Made by a program: the position numbers and the translations under genes
NCBI GenBank assembly: GCA_963841435.1
Contig: CAWJCS010000003.1
Coordinates: 288,001-352,000, forward strand
Origin: an uncultured delta proteobacterium
GTDB taxonomy: Bacteria > Myxococcota_A > Polyangia > Polyangiales > Polyangiaceae
DNA: 64,000 bases
Reading direction: 5' to 3'
Shown here: positions 41,558 through 51,406 of the stretch, one piece after another
Layout of the letters: every line of letters starts with the position of its first letter
Position numbering within the stretch: the first letter of the stretch is position 1
The notes under the pieces: generated by a model
What the model was told of the DNA's origin: nothing
Seen by the model: only the letters and a program-made list of their open reading frames with translations
Databases searched by the model: none

Positions 41558-42490
41558 TCAGTCCACACCGAGAGCGCCCACGAGCAGCTCGCTCACGGGC
41601 GTCACGGCGCCTGCGACGTGCGCCAGCTGTTCGCTCGCGGGGTGCGAATCGGTACCGTGAATGGAAGTGAACACGCCGGACCCCTCGAGCTTCTCGAGCG
41701 AATTACCGGGTAGCACGAGGTGGCTCGCGATGGCGTGCACCCGTGCCGCGCCGGCGTCGAGATAGGCCCGACCGGCCTGCAAGAGCGATGCCCCCGTGCG
41801 GATCATGTCGTCGTACACGACGACCTCGACGCCGCGTACGTCGGCGTTCACGCCCGTGACCTGGAGCGCGCCGCTCGTCGGGTCGCGGACCTTGTACACG
41901 AAGGCGGGCTCGACCCCGAGCGTCTTGGCGAGGCTCTGCACCCATTTCGCGCGTCCGGCGTCGGTGGCACCGAGCACGAACTTCCGGCCCTGCGTCATGT
42001 CGCGCACGGCGCGCGTGATGAGGGGCGCGCCATACACGTGTCGCGTCAGGTGACTGTCACCGAAGTAAAATTCGATGCCGTCGGTGTGCAGATCGAAGAG
42101 CACCACGCGCGTGCCGCCCTCGCACGGGGGAATCGACGAGATGAGCCGGGCCCGCGTCTTGGCCGTCACCACCTCGCCGGGAAGCACCGCGCGCTCCATA
42201 GTCGCGTAGCCGAAGTACGGCATGACGATGGAGAGCGAGCGCGCGCCGGCGCGCGAGATGGCAAACCCGAGATCGTAGAGCTCGAGCCAATCGAGGTCCG
42301 TGGGCGTGCCACCGAGCAAGACGACGTCACTGCCGCGCACTTCCTCGACGAGCCTCAGATAGCGCTCACCGTCGGGAAACGCCCTGCGCTCGACCGCCAC
42401 GGGCCGAAAATCACCGGCGGCGACGAAACGCGGCTCGAGGTACGCGTAGGAGGCGATCGTCACCAGCAGGCGCTTCTTCGAAGTGCTCAT
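41558..42490 (-). CDS. prs: Ribose-phosphate pyrophosphokinase
   Basis: FPDGE, MPYFGYATMER, DLH, DAGRAK and VVVYDDMIRTG PRTase motif. Confidence 0.9.
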   Translation of the reverse strand: MSTSKKRLLVTIASYAYLEPRFVAAGDFRPVAVERRAFPDGERYLRLVEEVRGSDVVLLGGTPTDLDWLELYDLGFAISRAGARSLSIVMPYFGYATMERAVLPGEVVTAKTRARLISSIPPCEGGTRVVLFDLHTDGIEFYFGDSHLTRHVYGAPLITRAVRDMTQGRKFVLGATDAGRAKWVQSLAKTLGVEPAFVYKVRDPTSGALQVTGVNADVRGVEVVVYDDMIRTGASLLQAGRAYLDAGAARVHAIASHLVLPGNSLEKLEGSGVFTSIHGTDSHPASEQLAHVAGAVTPVSELLVGALGVD

Positions 42491-42557
42491 GGGAAGGTCA
42501 TAGCGGGCTCGACGCGTGCTTGGATAGGGTCTCGATTGCGGTGGCGACCCGAGCGTC

Positions 42558-43463
42558 CTAGTTCTGCTCGATCCGCACGTCGCGAATCCCCAGTCGGAGC
42601 TGTTTCGTACGCGGTCGGCGCTCGATGATCGTCGCTGCCTCTTGGAGGCCGTGACGTGCAAAGTGCTTTCGCACGCGGAACACGTCGCCGTCAACCTGCT
42701 CGGGTGACATGCGCAAGCCTCGGGCAAGCTCGTCCTTGTCCATCCAACCGCAAGCGGTCGGCTCGAGCCCGCCGGCGAGGTCTGCGAGGTAGGAGCGAGC
42801 GAGCGTGAGTAAAAGGAAGTTGTGCCCGCGGGCCCCCAGCGAGATACGTCGGATTGGGTACTCGAGGGTTAGCTCGACGTACTCCTCGTCGGACGACACG
42901 ACGAACCGGAGCGCGGGGGTCGGGCCCTCTTCCAGGGTCGCCGTCGCCTCGCTCGCGAGGGGCAAGGAGAAGCGAAAGCAACGTCCCGAGACCTCGAGCG
43001 TCTCTCCATCTTGCAGCGACCGCACGCCGCCGTCCGTCATTTCGATGGTCCACGACCCGTCCGCATTCCGGAACGCCGTACATTCCGGATGGGCCGCCGT
43101 AGGGATCCCGATGAGGCCCGAGCTCCCAGGAAGGATCTCGCCGTCGTCGAGGGCGAGCGCCAATGGCTCTGGTTCGGCTGCGTCGACGAGGAGCCACGTC
43201 TCGTCGGGATGGCCGAAGCTCATCGTGGCGCCCTTCGCCAGCGGGTAGGGGCGCCCCGGCTCGACAATCTCGCCGTTGAGCCGCGTTCCGTTGCGGCTGC
43301 CACGATCGATCAGCTCCCAGCCGCCTCGCCAGCGGATCAACGCGTGCTGGCTCGAGACGTAGCTCTCCGACAACCTGAGGGCACATTCGGGACCACGACC
43401 GACGAGATGCTGGCTCAGCAGCCGCTGTGGTTCAGACGCAGTTTCGCGGCGAATGTCGCCCAT
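42558..43463 (-). CDS. FHA domain protein with C-terminal winged-helix-like domain
   Basis: VGR..VSSQHA..DRGSRNGTRLNG; C-terminal GWMDKDEL..VFRVRKHF..IIERR. Confidence 0.85.
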   Translation of the reverse strand: MGDIRRETASEPQRLLSQHLVGRGPECALRLSESYVSSQHALIRWRGGWELIDRGSRNGTRLNGEIVEPGRPYPLAKGATMSFGHPDETWLLVDAAEPEPLALALDDGEILPGSSGLIGIPTAAHPECTAFRNADGSWTIEMTDGGVRSLQDGETLEVSGRCFRFSLPLASEATATLEEGPTPALRFVVSSDEEYVELTLEYPIRRISLGARGHNFLLLTLARSYLADLAGGLEPTACGWMDKDELARGLRMSPEQVDGDVFRVRKHFARHGLQEAATIIERRPRTKQLRLGIRDVRIEQN

Positions 43464-43650
43464 CGGTGGATCCGACGAGTAGACCACTCTCCGATGAGTT
43501 GCGAGGGAGTGCGATGGACCGGCCGCGGTTCGAGGAGTACGAGGGGGAAAGGAAGAGCCCCGCGAAGGCCTGGCCGTCGCCAGACCCTGGGTCAAACGCT
43601 CCCATTTCGACCTCTCGCCCAGCCGCCAGAACCGAGGTAGCAGTCCAGCC

Positions 43651-44634
43651 ATGACAGGAAGCGGGGTCGTCGCGTTCTGTACCGCGCTCCTCGTGCTTGC
43701 CGCCACGGGGTCTGCGCACGCTGGGAACGTCGATCACGCGGAGGAAGCATTCCAGCGGGGTCGTACCTTTCTCGGGGAGGGGCGGTACGCCGAGGCATGC
43801 CAGAGTTTCGAGGAGAGTCAGCGCGAAGATCCCGCTTCCGGAACGCTCTTGGCGCTTGCCTACTGTCAGGAGCTCTCGGGCCTTTTAGCGAGCGCCTACA
43901 AGAACTACCGCGCCGCGGCGGAGCTCGCACAGACGGAGGGAAAATCGGAGCGCCGTGACGCGGCTACGCAGCAATCCAAGGCGCTCGAGCAGCGGGTTTC
44001 AGTGCTGACGATCCTCGTGCCACCGAATCTCGCCGGCAATCCCGCCCTGCGCGTCATGCTCGACGGCGCCGAGGTTGGGCGCGCAAAATTCGGGACGCCC
44101 ATCCCCGTCAACGGCGGTAACTATCGCGTCGAAGCCGTCGTCGGCGGGGCATCGTGGTCGACGAACGTCGCCGTGAAAAAGGAGCGCGATGCGAAGACCC
44201 TCATCGTGGAGCTCGCCGTGGCGCCACCCGAGCCCGCGCCGCCCGCCGCCGTCCCTCCGGCGCGCTCGCCGCCGCGCGATCGCGGGCGTGCGCGAACCCT
44301 CGAAGTCGTCAGCGCCGGGCTCGCGATCGGTAGCGCCGTTTCGCTGGCCGGCGGGGCTGCGTTCGCTTTGCGAGCGGATGCCAAGAACAGAGCCTCGAAC
44401 CGCGACGGCCACTGCAACGCGACCGGCTGTGACGAACGCGGCGTCGCGCTGAGAAATAATGCGTTTTCCGCCGCCCACACCGCCACCTGGTTGGTCGTGA
44501 CGAGCGGCATCCTCGCCGCCGGTGCCGCGGGGCTCTACGTCGGAACGACGCTCGGCCTGGGCGAGCACTCGGCCCGCATCGACGCGAGCGTCGCGCTCGG
44601 CGGCGTGAGGGTGCTCGTCACGGAGCCCCTTTGA
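43651..44634 (+). CDS. TPR + PEGA-like membrane protein
   Basis: Signal peptide; YAEAC..FEES..DPASGTLLALA.C TPR; PEGA-like domain; TM pair around HCNATGC. Confidence 0.8.
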   Translation: MTGSGVVAFCTALLVLAATGSAHAGNVDHAEEAFQRGRTFLGEGRYAEACQSFEESQREDPASGTLLALAYCQELSGLLASAYKNYRAAAELAQTEGKSERRDAATQQSKALEQRVSVLTILVPPNLAGNPALRVMLDGAEVGRAKFGTPIPVNGGNYRVEAVVGGASWSTNVAVKKERDAKTLIVELAVAPPEPAPPAAVPPARSPPRDRGRARTLEVVSAGLAIGSAVSLAGGAAFALRADAKNRASNRDGHCNATGCDERGVALRNNAFSAAHTATWLVVTSGILAAGAAGLYVGTTLGLGEHSARIDASVALGGVRVLVTEPL

Positions 44635-44667
44635 GGTGTCCGTTCGGGTGAGGGCGCGCCCGGGGCG

Positions 44668-45102
44668 TCAGGTACAGGGGCCCCACTTCGTCTCGGACGC
44701 GCTCACCGAAACGCAGGTCTTCGTCAACCCGTCCAAGCACATCCTCTTGTCGCCGACGTAGCAGCGGCAAGCTCCCGAAAGGGTCGGCCCGTACTCACAG
44801 ACCTTGGGCCCGCCTCCCGGCGGCGCGATGCAAGCGGCTGCCGTGCAGGCGTGCTGGCCGCTGAGGCAGCCGGGGACCGAACAGGCGCCCGGGCCCGGAG
44901 TCGCTGCCGTGCCGGCCGTGCCCGCCGTGCCCGACTCGGGCGGCAATGCGGTCGTCGTCGTGGAGGCAGACGCCGCTGGGATACTCACGCTGACAGCAGG
45001 GCAAGGACTCGGGCAGGGGCTCGGGCAGTCGGGGCATTTGCAAGCGCCCGAAAAGCCACCGAGCAAAGTAGCAGCCAGCATGCCAAATCGCGGATGGTTC
45101 AT
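44668..45102 (-). CDS. Small Cys-rich putative lipoprotein
   Basis: GAGGGAG RBS, signal ending SGAC, CKCPDCPSPCPSPC, and a 10-Cys C-terminal domain. Confidence 0.65.
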   Translation of the reverse strand: MNHPRFGMLAATLLGGFSGACKCPDCPSPCPSPCPAVSVSIPAASASTTTTALPPESGTAGTAGTAATPGPGACSVPGCLSGQHACTAAACIAPPGGGPKVCEYGPTLSGACRCYVGDKRMCLDGLTKTCVSVSASETKWGPCT

Positions 45103-45115
45103 GGGTCGATCTCCC

Positions 45116-46618
45116 TCACTGTTCGGTGGATGAATCTCGTGCACATCGGAAGCCATAGAGATTGTCAACGTTGTAAGCAACGGACGAGCTCCGCGCCCCC
45201 GAGCGCAGATATTGGGAAACGAGTGGGAATCCACCACCGCGCACCACGCGTTCGTCGTCCAGATCCGGCCAGGGAACCATGCAGTCCGTGCCGCAGGACG
45301 CAGGCGGCGCATCGCTCCATTGATCGGCCACCCATTCCATTACATTTCCGGCCAGGTCCTCGTGGCCCTGCCCCGTGTTCCGGTAGTAGCCGCCCTGGCC
45401 ACTCGGGTGGCTCCCGACCGGTGACGGCAGAAGCGGAACCGGATCCGGCGGAGCGTGGTAGCTGGCGCGCGACGTGTCGATCGTGACGTCCGCAATGGAT
45501 TGGGACCAGGGGTAGGGCCGTTGGTGGTCACCAAAGGCAGCCGCGTAGTTCCACTCTGCCTCGGTCGGGAGCCGCCCCCCGTCGAAGACGCAGAATGCGA
45601 ACGCAACGTACCAGTTGACGCAGTTGATGGGCAGCGTCTGATCGTTCTCTCGGTAAGTGCTGCTCTCTTTGCAATGCGAGAGGTCACCCACCTGCGCCTC
45701 GAGCGCATCGCTCGTCGGCGGCACCGCCGTCTCCCCGCTATGGTCCCAGTCAGGAAGGCTCTCCCAGCTTTTGCGCCAACCCGACATGGGGATTCGCGGG
45801 TGCGCACCGACGCCTTCCTGAGGCAGCGAGTATGCGGTGATGAAGGCCTCGAAGCGCCCGACCGTGACCTCGAACCGATCCAGATAATAGTCACCGACCG
45901 TGCGCGGGTACGAAAGGTCCGGATCTTCAACGTCGCCCTTGCCCATCTCGTACGTCCCACCCGGGATCCAAATCGTGTCACAGCAGCTCGCGTTGCTCGC
46001 GCAAGGGGTCGTCGTGGTGCCGGGGGCGCAACTCCTGGCTTCCTTGCAAACGCCGTCTTGGCAGTAGCCGGTGCACTCGTCGCCCGCGTCGCTCCAGACG
46101 CCGTCGTTGCATTGCTCCGGTTGATACGCGTTGCAGCGCAGAGCTCCGGGCTCGCAGGCGGTCGCGTCGCCGCCGCTGGAGCCCGCGGTGCCGGCGTTCG
46201 TGAAGCCGCCGCTCGCGCCCGCGCCGCCTTCATCGCTATCGCCGGCTTCACCGCCCGTGCCACTCGAGCTCCCGCGGCCTGCTGTCGCCGATCCGCCGCG
46301 GCCCGATCGGCCGCTTTGCTGCCCTCCCTCGCCAGGAGCACCGCCGTCGCGATTGCCTCCGGTGCCGCCGAGCTCGTCAGCCGTAGCCGCCGTGCCTCCA
46401 CTCGCCGCGCTTCCGCTCGCCGTGCCTCCCATCGTGCCCGCTTCACCTCCGGCACCCGCCTCGGAGCACGACGCCTCCAGGCATTCGGAACGCGGAACCG
46501 GCTGCTCCAAACCGAGCACGGACTCGCAAGAGACCATCAGCAGCAGCACCCATGGCGCGCCGCGCAGGGCGCGCCGCCTCGAGTCAGCGGTTGCCACGGG
46601 GCTGCGGTACCACGGCAC
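45116..46618 (-). CDS. SUMF1/FGE-sulfatase (C-type lectin-like fold) domain lipoprotein
   Basis: MVSC lipobox; IPGGTYEMG, LDRFEVTV, PINCVNW, GGRLPTEAEW, DLAGNVMEW, RGGGF, GFRCAR. Confidence 0.9.
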   Translation of the reverse strand: MPWYRSPVATADSRRRALRGAPWVLLLMVSCESVLGLEQPVPRSECLEASCSEAGAGGEAGTMGGTASGSAASGGTAATADELGGTGGNRDGGAPGEGGQQSGRSGRGGSATAGRGSSSGTGGEAGDSDEGGAGASGGFTNAGTAGSSGGDATACEPGALRCNAYQPEQCNDGVWSDAGDECTGYCQDGVCKEARSCAPGTTTTPCASNASCCDTIWIPGGTYEMGKGDVEDPDLSYPRTVGDYYLDRFEVTVGRFEAFITAYSLPQEGVGAHPRIPMSGWRKSWESLPDWDHSGETAVPPTSDALEAQVGDLSHCKESSTYRENDQTLPINCVNWYVAFAFCVFDGGRLPTEAEWNYAAAFGDHQRPYPWSQSIADVTIDTSRASYHAPPDPVPLLPSPVGSHPSGQGGYYRNTGQGHEDLAGNVMEWVADQWSDAPPASCGTDCMVPWPDLDDERVVRGGGFPLVSQYLRSGARSSSVAYNVDNLYGFRCARDSSTEQ

Positions 46619-46750
46619 CTACGGGACGTCATGTTCAATTCTGTGCGCGCCCGACGTGGACTAGTCATTTTTCGACTCGTGTCGATCGACGCTAGGCGCG
46701 AGGCTCGGCGCGTAGGTAGCATCCACCGCGAGCGCGTCAGCGGAAGACCG

Positions 46751-47539
46751 ATGTCATCACTCCGTCGCACACATCGGGTGATCTTCAGCCTCGCTCTTCT
46801 CGCGAGCGGTTGTACGTGTACGCCCGAGCCCCCGACGGACGACACGGACGTCGAGCCCGGGCCTCTCGAGGCGACGCCGGGAGGGACCGCAGGCGTCACG
46901 GAGGGCGGCAGCGGTGTCGCGGGCAGCAGCGGTATGGCGGGCAGCAGCGGTGTCGCGGGTAGCGGTGGGATGACGTTCAGTGGAGCGCCGGCCGGCGGAA
47001 GCGGCGGCGGGACCTGCGTGCCAGCGGCATGGGACAGCCTGTCGATCGCGGTCTTTCCCCAGCAATCGAGCCAATTGTGCTGGGCAGGCGTCACGCAGAT
47101 GATCGCGGCGTTCTTCGGGGTCAACGTCCCGAGTCAGTGTCAGCTGCTGGGCACCGAGTGCCCCACGTGCGTCGGATGTCCCGAGTCCGCGGTCGCGGCG
47201 GAGGGCCCCTGCAATCACGGGGGGTGGCCGGCCTTCTCGGTGATTGGGCTCGAGGCGAAGCGCACCGAGGGCACGGCGTTGGCGCTCGATGACCTGAAGC
47301 GGGAGATCAGTTGCTTCAGGCGACCGGTGGCCTTCACGTGGCATCTCGGCTCGCCGTTCGTCGGTCACATCATGCTCGCTTTCGGCTACGACGGCGACGT
47401 GATTTCGATCGCCGATCCCCTGAACGAGTGCGAGGGATCGACTCGAGACATCCCCTACGAGACGTATGTCGAAGGGCACGTCCCGGGAACGACGACGCAT
47501 TGGGACGATTTTTACGGCATCGAGAAGGTGGAGCCCTAG
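46751..47539 (+). CDS. Papain-like cysteine peptidase (C39/C70-like) lipoprotein
   Basis: ASGC lipobox; PQQSSQLCWA (Gln/Cys), GHIMLAFGY (His), IADP (Asp). Confidence 0.75.
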   Translation: MSSLRRTHRVIFSLALLASGCTCTPEPPTDDTDVEPGPLEATPGGTAGVTEGGSGVAGSSGMAGSSGVAGSGGMTFSGAPAGGSGGGTCVPAAWDSLSIAVFPQQSSQLCWAGVTQMIAAFFGVNVPSQCQLLGTECPTCVGCPESAVAAEGPCNHGGWPAFSVIGLEAKRTEGTALALDDLKREISCFRRPVAFTWHLGSPFVGHIMLAFGYDGDVISIADPLNECEGSTRDIPYETYVEGHVPGTTTHWDDFYGIEKVEP

Positions 47540-47541
47540 TG

Positions 47542-48402
47542 ATGTTGCCTCGCCCGTCGATTCCAGTCCTGGTTTTGGTGATGCTCGCCACCGTCTTCTC
47601 GTCCGGGTGCCGTGATCGGAAGAACACGCAGAAGGATGCCGGTTCCGGAGCGTCACGCGATGCCGCGGTCCCCGCCGATGCCGCGGTCCCCGCCGATGCC
47701 GCAATTCCCGCCGATGCCGCGGCCCCCGTGAATGCCGGTGCAGGGATTCTCGGAGAGGGCGTCACCGTACCGGACGATGTCCTCGAGCTCGAGCAGTCCA
47801 ACGCGGCCCGGGAACCGTGGCTGAAGGCACGCGATCAGGCGGTCGCACGGCTCGCCGGACTGGCGCTTCACGGCGATCCCCGCCGGTTGGGCTTCCTGAC
47901 CGCGCCGGACCCGAAAGTGCTGAAGGCGCTCGACCCATTTCCGACCGCCACGGTGTATCTCGACGAGCTAAAGACGTACGTTGCCGCGACGGATCCGGCG
48001 CGCTTGATCAAGCCAGACCGGAGACTCACCTTTCCGATTCTGATCGGAAACGTCGTCGTGAGCTCTGTCACGTTGCAAAGCTCCGACAACGAGTGGAAGG
48101 CCGCAGCCTACGGCGATGCCAACACCATCCGCGCCGTCATGCGTACGCGCATCGCTGCCGCCCACCCCGCGGGGCACGTGCCAGCCCTCCTGGAGGGGAA
48201 GAGCGCGCAATATGCCATCGTCAGTGTGGCCGGGCTGAATCAGCTGTTCTTGGCGGCCCGGGGGCGATCGAAACAGCTTTACCTGGTCCCCGTCTTCTCG
48301 AAGAAGAGCCTCGACTTCTCGGCGGGGGTACCCGTCCTCGCGCAGGAGGTCCTCCTCAAGCTTCGACCCCTGGCGCGCGCTCACGGCGGCCTGCCGACGT
48401 GA
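47542..48402 (+). CDS. Hypothetical lipoprotein coupled to the cysteine peptidase
   Basis: SSGC lipobox; DAAVPA repeats; begins 2 nt after the peptidase stop. Confidence 0.7.
   Translation: MLPRPSIPVLVLVMLATVFSSGCRDRKNTQKDAGSGASRDAAVPADAAVPADAAIPADAAAPVNAGAGILGEGVTVPDDVLELEQSNAAREPWLKARDQAVARLAGLALHGDPRRLGFLTAPDPKVLKALDPFPTATVYLDELKTYVAATDPARLIKPDRRLTFPILIGNVVVSSVTLQSSDNEWKAAAYGDANTIRAVMRTRIAAAHPAGHVPALLEGKSAQYAIVSVAGLNQLFLAARGRSKQLYLVPVFSKKSLDFSAGVPVLAQEVLLKLRPLARAHGGLPT
47659..47730. repeat. 18-bp tandem repeat x4 (DAAVPA)
   Basis: GATGCCGCGGTCCCCGCC and variants. Confidence 0.85.
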
Positions 48403-48422
48403 TGTCGAAAGCCGCGTTCGGC

Positions 48423-49907
48423 TCAACGCCTCGTGGTGATGAGTCGCTCGATGAGCGGGGACCGTCCGTCGGGCGAGAGCTCGGCTGACTTCACGGGCGC
48501 GTCGTCGGGCGAGCGAGCGCTCTCGCTTTCAGGTGCTGCCGCCGCTGCCGCTGGCTCGGGAGCTTTCGTGCGCGCGACACGGGCCGCGGGCTTCGGCCTG
48601 ACCTGGGGCGCGAGCGGCGGCGCGGGCGCACGTTGCTCTGCGGCGGGCTCCGTCACTCGTACCGTGGTCATCTCCTCCAGGCTCGCGCCCTCGACCTCGG
48701 GAATCTCGTTCTTCGCCTCGGCGGGCGCCGCCGGCTCCGTTTTCGTCGGTCGAGGTAAAGGTGGCTCGTCGCCCCGTCAACTCAACGCGAAACCGACCAG
48801 CGAGAGCGTCGTGAGCGCTCCGACGACGACGGCCGCCGCGAAACGTCTGGACCGAAGCGGCTCGCGCCCGCGGTCCGAGCTCGGGGTGCTGCGATCCAGG
48901 TCAGTCCCGGGAAGGGTGGTCGTCACGTCGAGGGGCTCGTCCCCCAATCTGGACGTCAGCCCCCGGATGCGCTTGAACGAAGCACGCCCCTCCTCGCTTC
49001 CGAACGGTGCGAGGGCCGCAGCAACCTCGCGAACCGTGGCATAGCGCTGACTCTTGGCTTTGGCGAGACAGCGCAGGACGACGCGATCGAGCTCCGGAGA
49101 CAGGCCGGGGTCCGGCCGCCGCTTGCTCGGCGGCTCGGGCTCGACGCTGCGAATCAAATACACGAGATCAGGGTACGTGTTGGCGCGAAACGGATGACTC
49201 CCGCAGAGGAGCTCGTAGAGCGTCACGCCGATAGCCCAAACGTCCGAGCAGACATCAACGTCGCCCGGGTTCTGCAGCTGCTCGGGGGACATGTAGGCCG
49301 GAGACCCGAGTCGCGTTTCGTCGGAGGCCATGGTGGTGACCATGTCGGCGTCGTTGGGCTCGAGCGTCTTGGCGATGCCGAAATCCAGCACCTTCACCAG
49401 GGGAGTGCCGTCGGCACGCCGCGTCACGAACAGATTTCCCGGCTTGAGATCACGGTGGATGACACCGCGCTGATGGCCCTCGGCGATGGCTTCGAGCGCC
49501 TGTAAGAGATAGTCAACGGCACGTTCCCGCGGCAGGAAGCCGCTGTCGGCCAGCATCGCGCCCAGGTCGTGCCCCTCGAGATACTCCATGACGAAAAACG
49601 GAGTTCCGTCCGAAAGTGTCGAGATCTCGAGAAGGCGCACGACGTGCTCGCTCGTGATGCGGCTCGCCGCGCGCGCCTCGCGAATGAAGCGCTGCACGGC
49701 GCGCTCGGAGTTGGCAAGGCTAGGGAGCAGGAACTTGATGGCGACCTGTCGATCGAGGAGCTGATCCCTCGCCGCGATGACCACCCCCATACCGCCCACG
49801 CCGAGCTGGCGGCCGGCGACGTACTTGCCCTCCAGGAGCTCGCCCTCGGAGACGGGTGCGAGTTTCTGGCCGTCGCCGCTCTCGGAATCCTCGCTATGGA
49901 TGGTCAT
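48423..49907 (-). CDS. Ser/Thr protein kinase; in-frame TGA at 48777-48779 after the TM helix
   Basis: GVGGMG, AIK, HRDLKPGN, DFG and SPE motifs. The same frame continues as a Pro/Ala-rich tail to 48423. Confidence 0.9.
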
Positions 49908-50258
49908 CGCCTGCGCGCGGGGCGCCCTCGGGTCAGCGCCCGGAACGATACCAGCGCTGAACCAGCTGCAACAGCGGGCAGCGTACGCCCCAAATCGTGC
50001 GGGTTCCAAGCATAGGCTCCGCGAGCTCCGGCGCATTGCCGTCCGGGCGTGCCCATCGCGCCGGGACCCGCGCGCGATGCCTTGGACCGCGGCGACGGAC
50101 TCTCCGGGGCTCGACTGTGTCAATCCGGCGTCAACTCGTGCGAGGCACATGCCCGGGGCGACCAGACCCGACGAAGCGGTCGCCGAGGAGCGACATCGGA
50201 ACCTGCGCAACGGAGCGCACGTGAGACGGAGTCGATCATCTGCTATCGTCACCCGCTC

Positions 50259-50844
50259 ATGAAGCACCTGAGTCGTTGGGTGTCAGGACGGGCAGCGCCG
50301 CTCTTCGCCTTCCTGACGCTCGGTTGCTCCTTCGCGATGACCACGGCGCCGAGCCACCCCAGCCAGCGGACGCGGCGTGCCGCAGAGCAATGCACGAAGA
50401 GCATGATGGTGCCCGTGCTCGACGTTCTGGCCGCCGGGGTTGGAGCCTACAACGTCACCATTTCGGCAACGGCGAAGGATCAGGTCGAACATCTATGGTG
50501 CAACTGTCGACAAGAAGGTCGGTCTCACACTCGGCATTGCCCAGCTCGCTCTGTACGGCGCCGGCGCGGCGTACGGCTTCGTCCAGATGGGGCGCTGCAG
50601 CAAGCTCAGAGTCGAGACCGGTTTGGCTCGCAGTGCCACCACGCCGAAGGCCCCGACGCCGAAGGCCTCGCACGCGCTGATCGCCGGGGAGCACGCACCT
50701 GGCTCGGAGGACGACCACGAGACCCCCCCGTCGGCACCCGGCGCGGCGACCCCCGAACCACCGCGCGAGCTTCCCGACTGGTCTGCGTTTCGGCGCGTTC
50801 CGCTCGGCCCACCCGGCGTGTCGGCCACGCCCGCCCACGAGTGA
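50259..50844 (+). CDS. Hypothetical membrane lipoprotein; frameshift near 50490
   Basis: TLGCSF lipobox, C..P..D hydrophobic helix, continuing in another frame as IYGATV..AYGFVQMGRC. Confidence 0.55.
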
Positions 50845-51335
50845 TGTCTCGGCCAGCCCCCGCTCGACGGCTCGCGTGGCGCGTTCTCGGCGTCTCGCTC
50901 GCGCTCGCGACGGCGTCACTCGGGTGCGCGGGGCCGCGCTGGCTCGAGCGCAGAAAACTCGGTCCCATCGAGATGCCGCGGCACCTTTCGATCATGGTGT
51001 TCAAGAGCCAACAGGTGCGCGAGGTCGATCGCGACGGCGTGAGCGACGCCGTCGCCGAAGCGTTGAGCCAGGAGCTCCACGATTGGGGCATCGAAACGGA
51101 GGTCGTCAACCTTTCGGGCGAGCCGCGGCTCCCCAGGATCGAGCTCGCGTTCTGGACCTATTACGCTGCGGGTGGCTACGGTGGGGCCAGCATCACCGCG
51201 GACTGCGCCTTCGTCTCGCACACCGATCACGTGGTGTTCGTCGGCCGCATCAACGCGCCCCGCAAGGACGGTGACATAGACGCGAGCGCCAAGGTCATGG
51301 CGAAAGCCATCGCCGACGTGCTGACCGAGCGCTGA
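50844..51335 (+). CDS. Hypothetical lipoprotein
   Basis: SLGC lipobox; TGATG coupling to the upstream gene. Confidence 0.6.
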   Translation: MSRPAPARRLAWRVLGVSLALATASLGCAGPRWLERRKLGPIEMPRHLSIMVFKSQQVREVDRDGVSDAVAEALSQELHDWGIETEVVNLSGEPRLPRIELAFWTYYAAGGYGGASITADCAFVSHTDHVVFVGRINAPRKDGDIDASAKVMAKAIADVLTER

Positions 51336-51406
51336 GCCCGGCACCTCGACGCGAAGCTGTAAGCTCCGGGGCGGGCCACGCGTTGTACCTGAGAAAGGCA
51401 GGGAAA

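Noticed and set aside
45116-45400. FGE/CLec C-terminus as a diversity-generating retroelement target
   Set aside because: No reverse transcriptase and no template repeat were seen in the window.
48777-48779. Selenocysteine or readthrough at the in-frame TGA
   Set aside because: It lies at a non-catalytic, low-complexity position with no recognisable SECIS; error or nonsense mutation is simpler.
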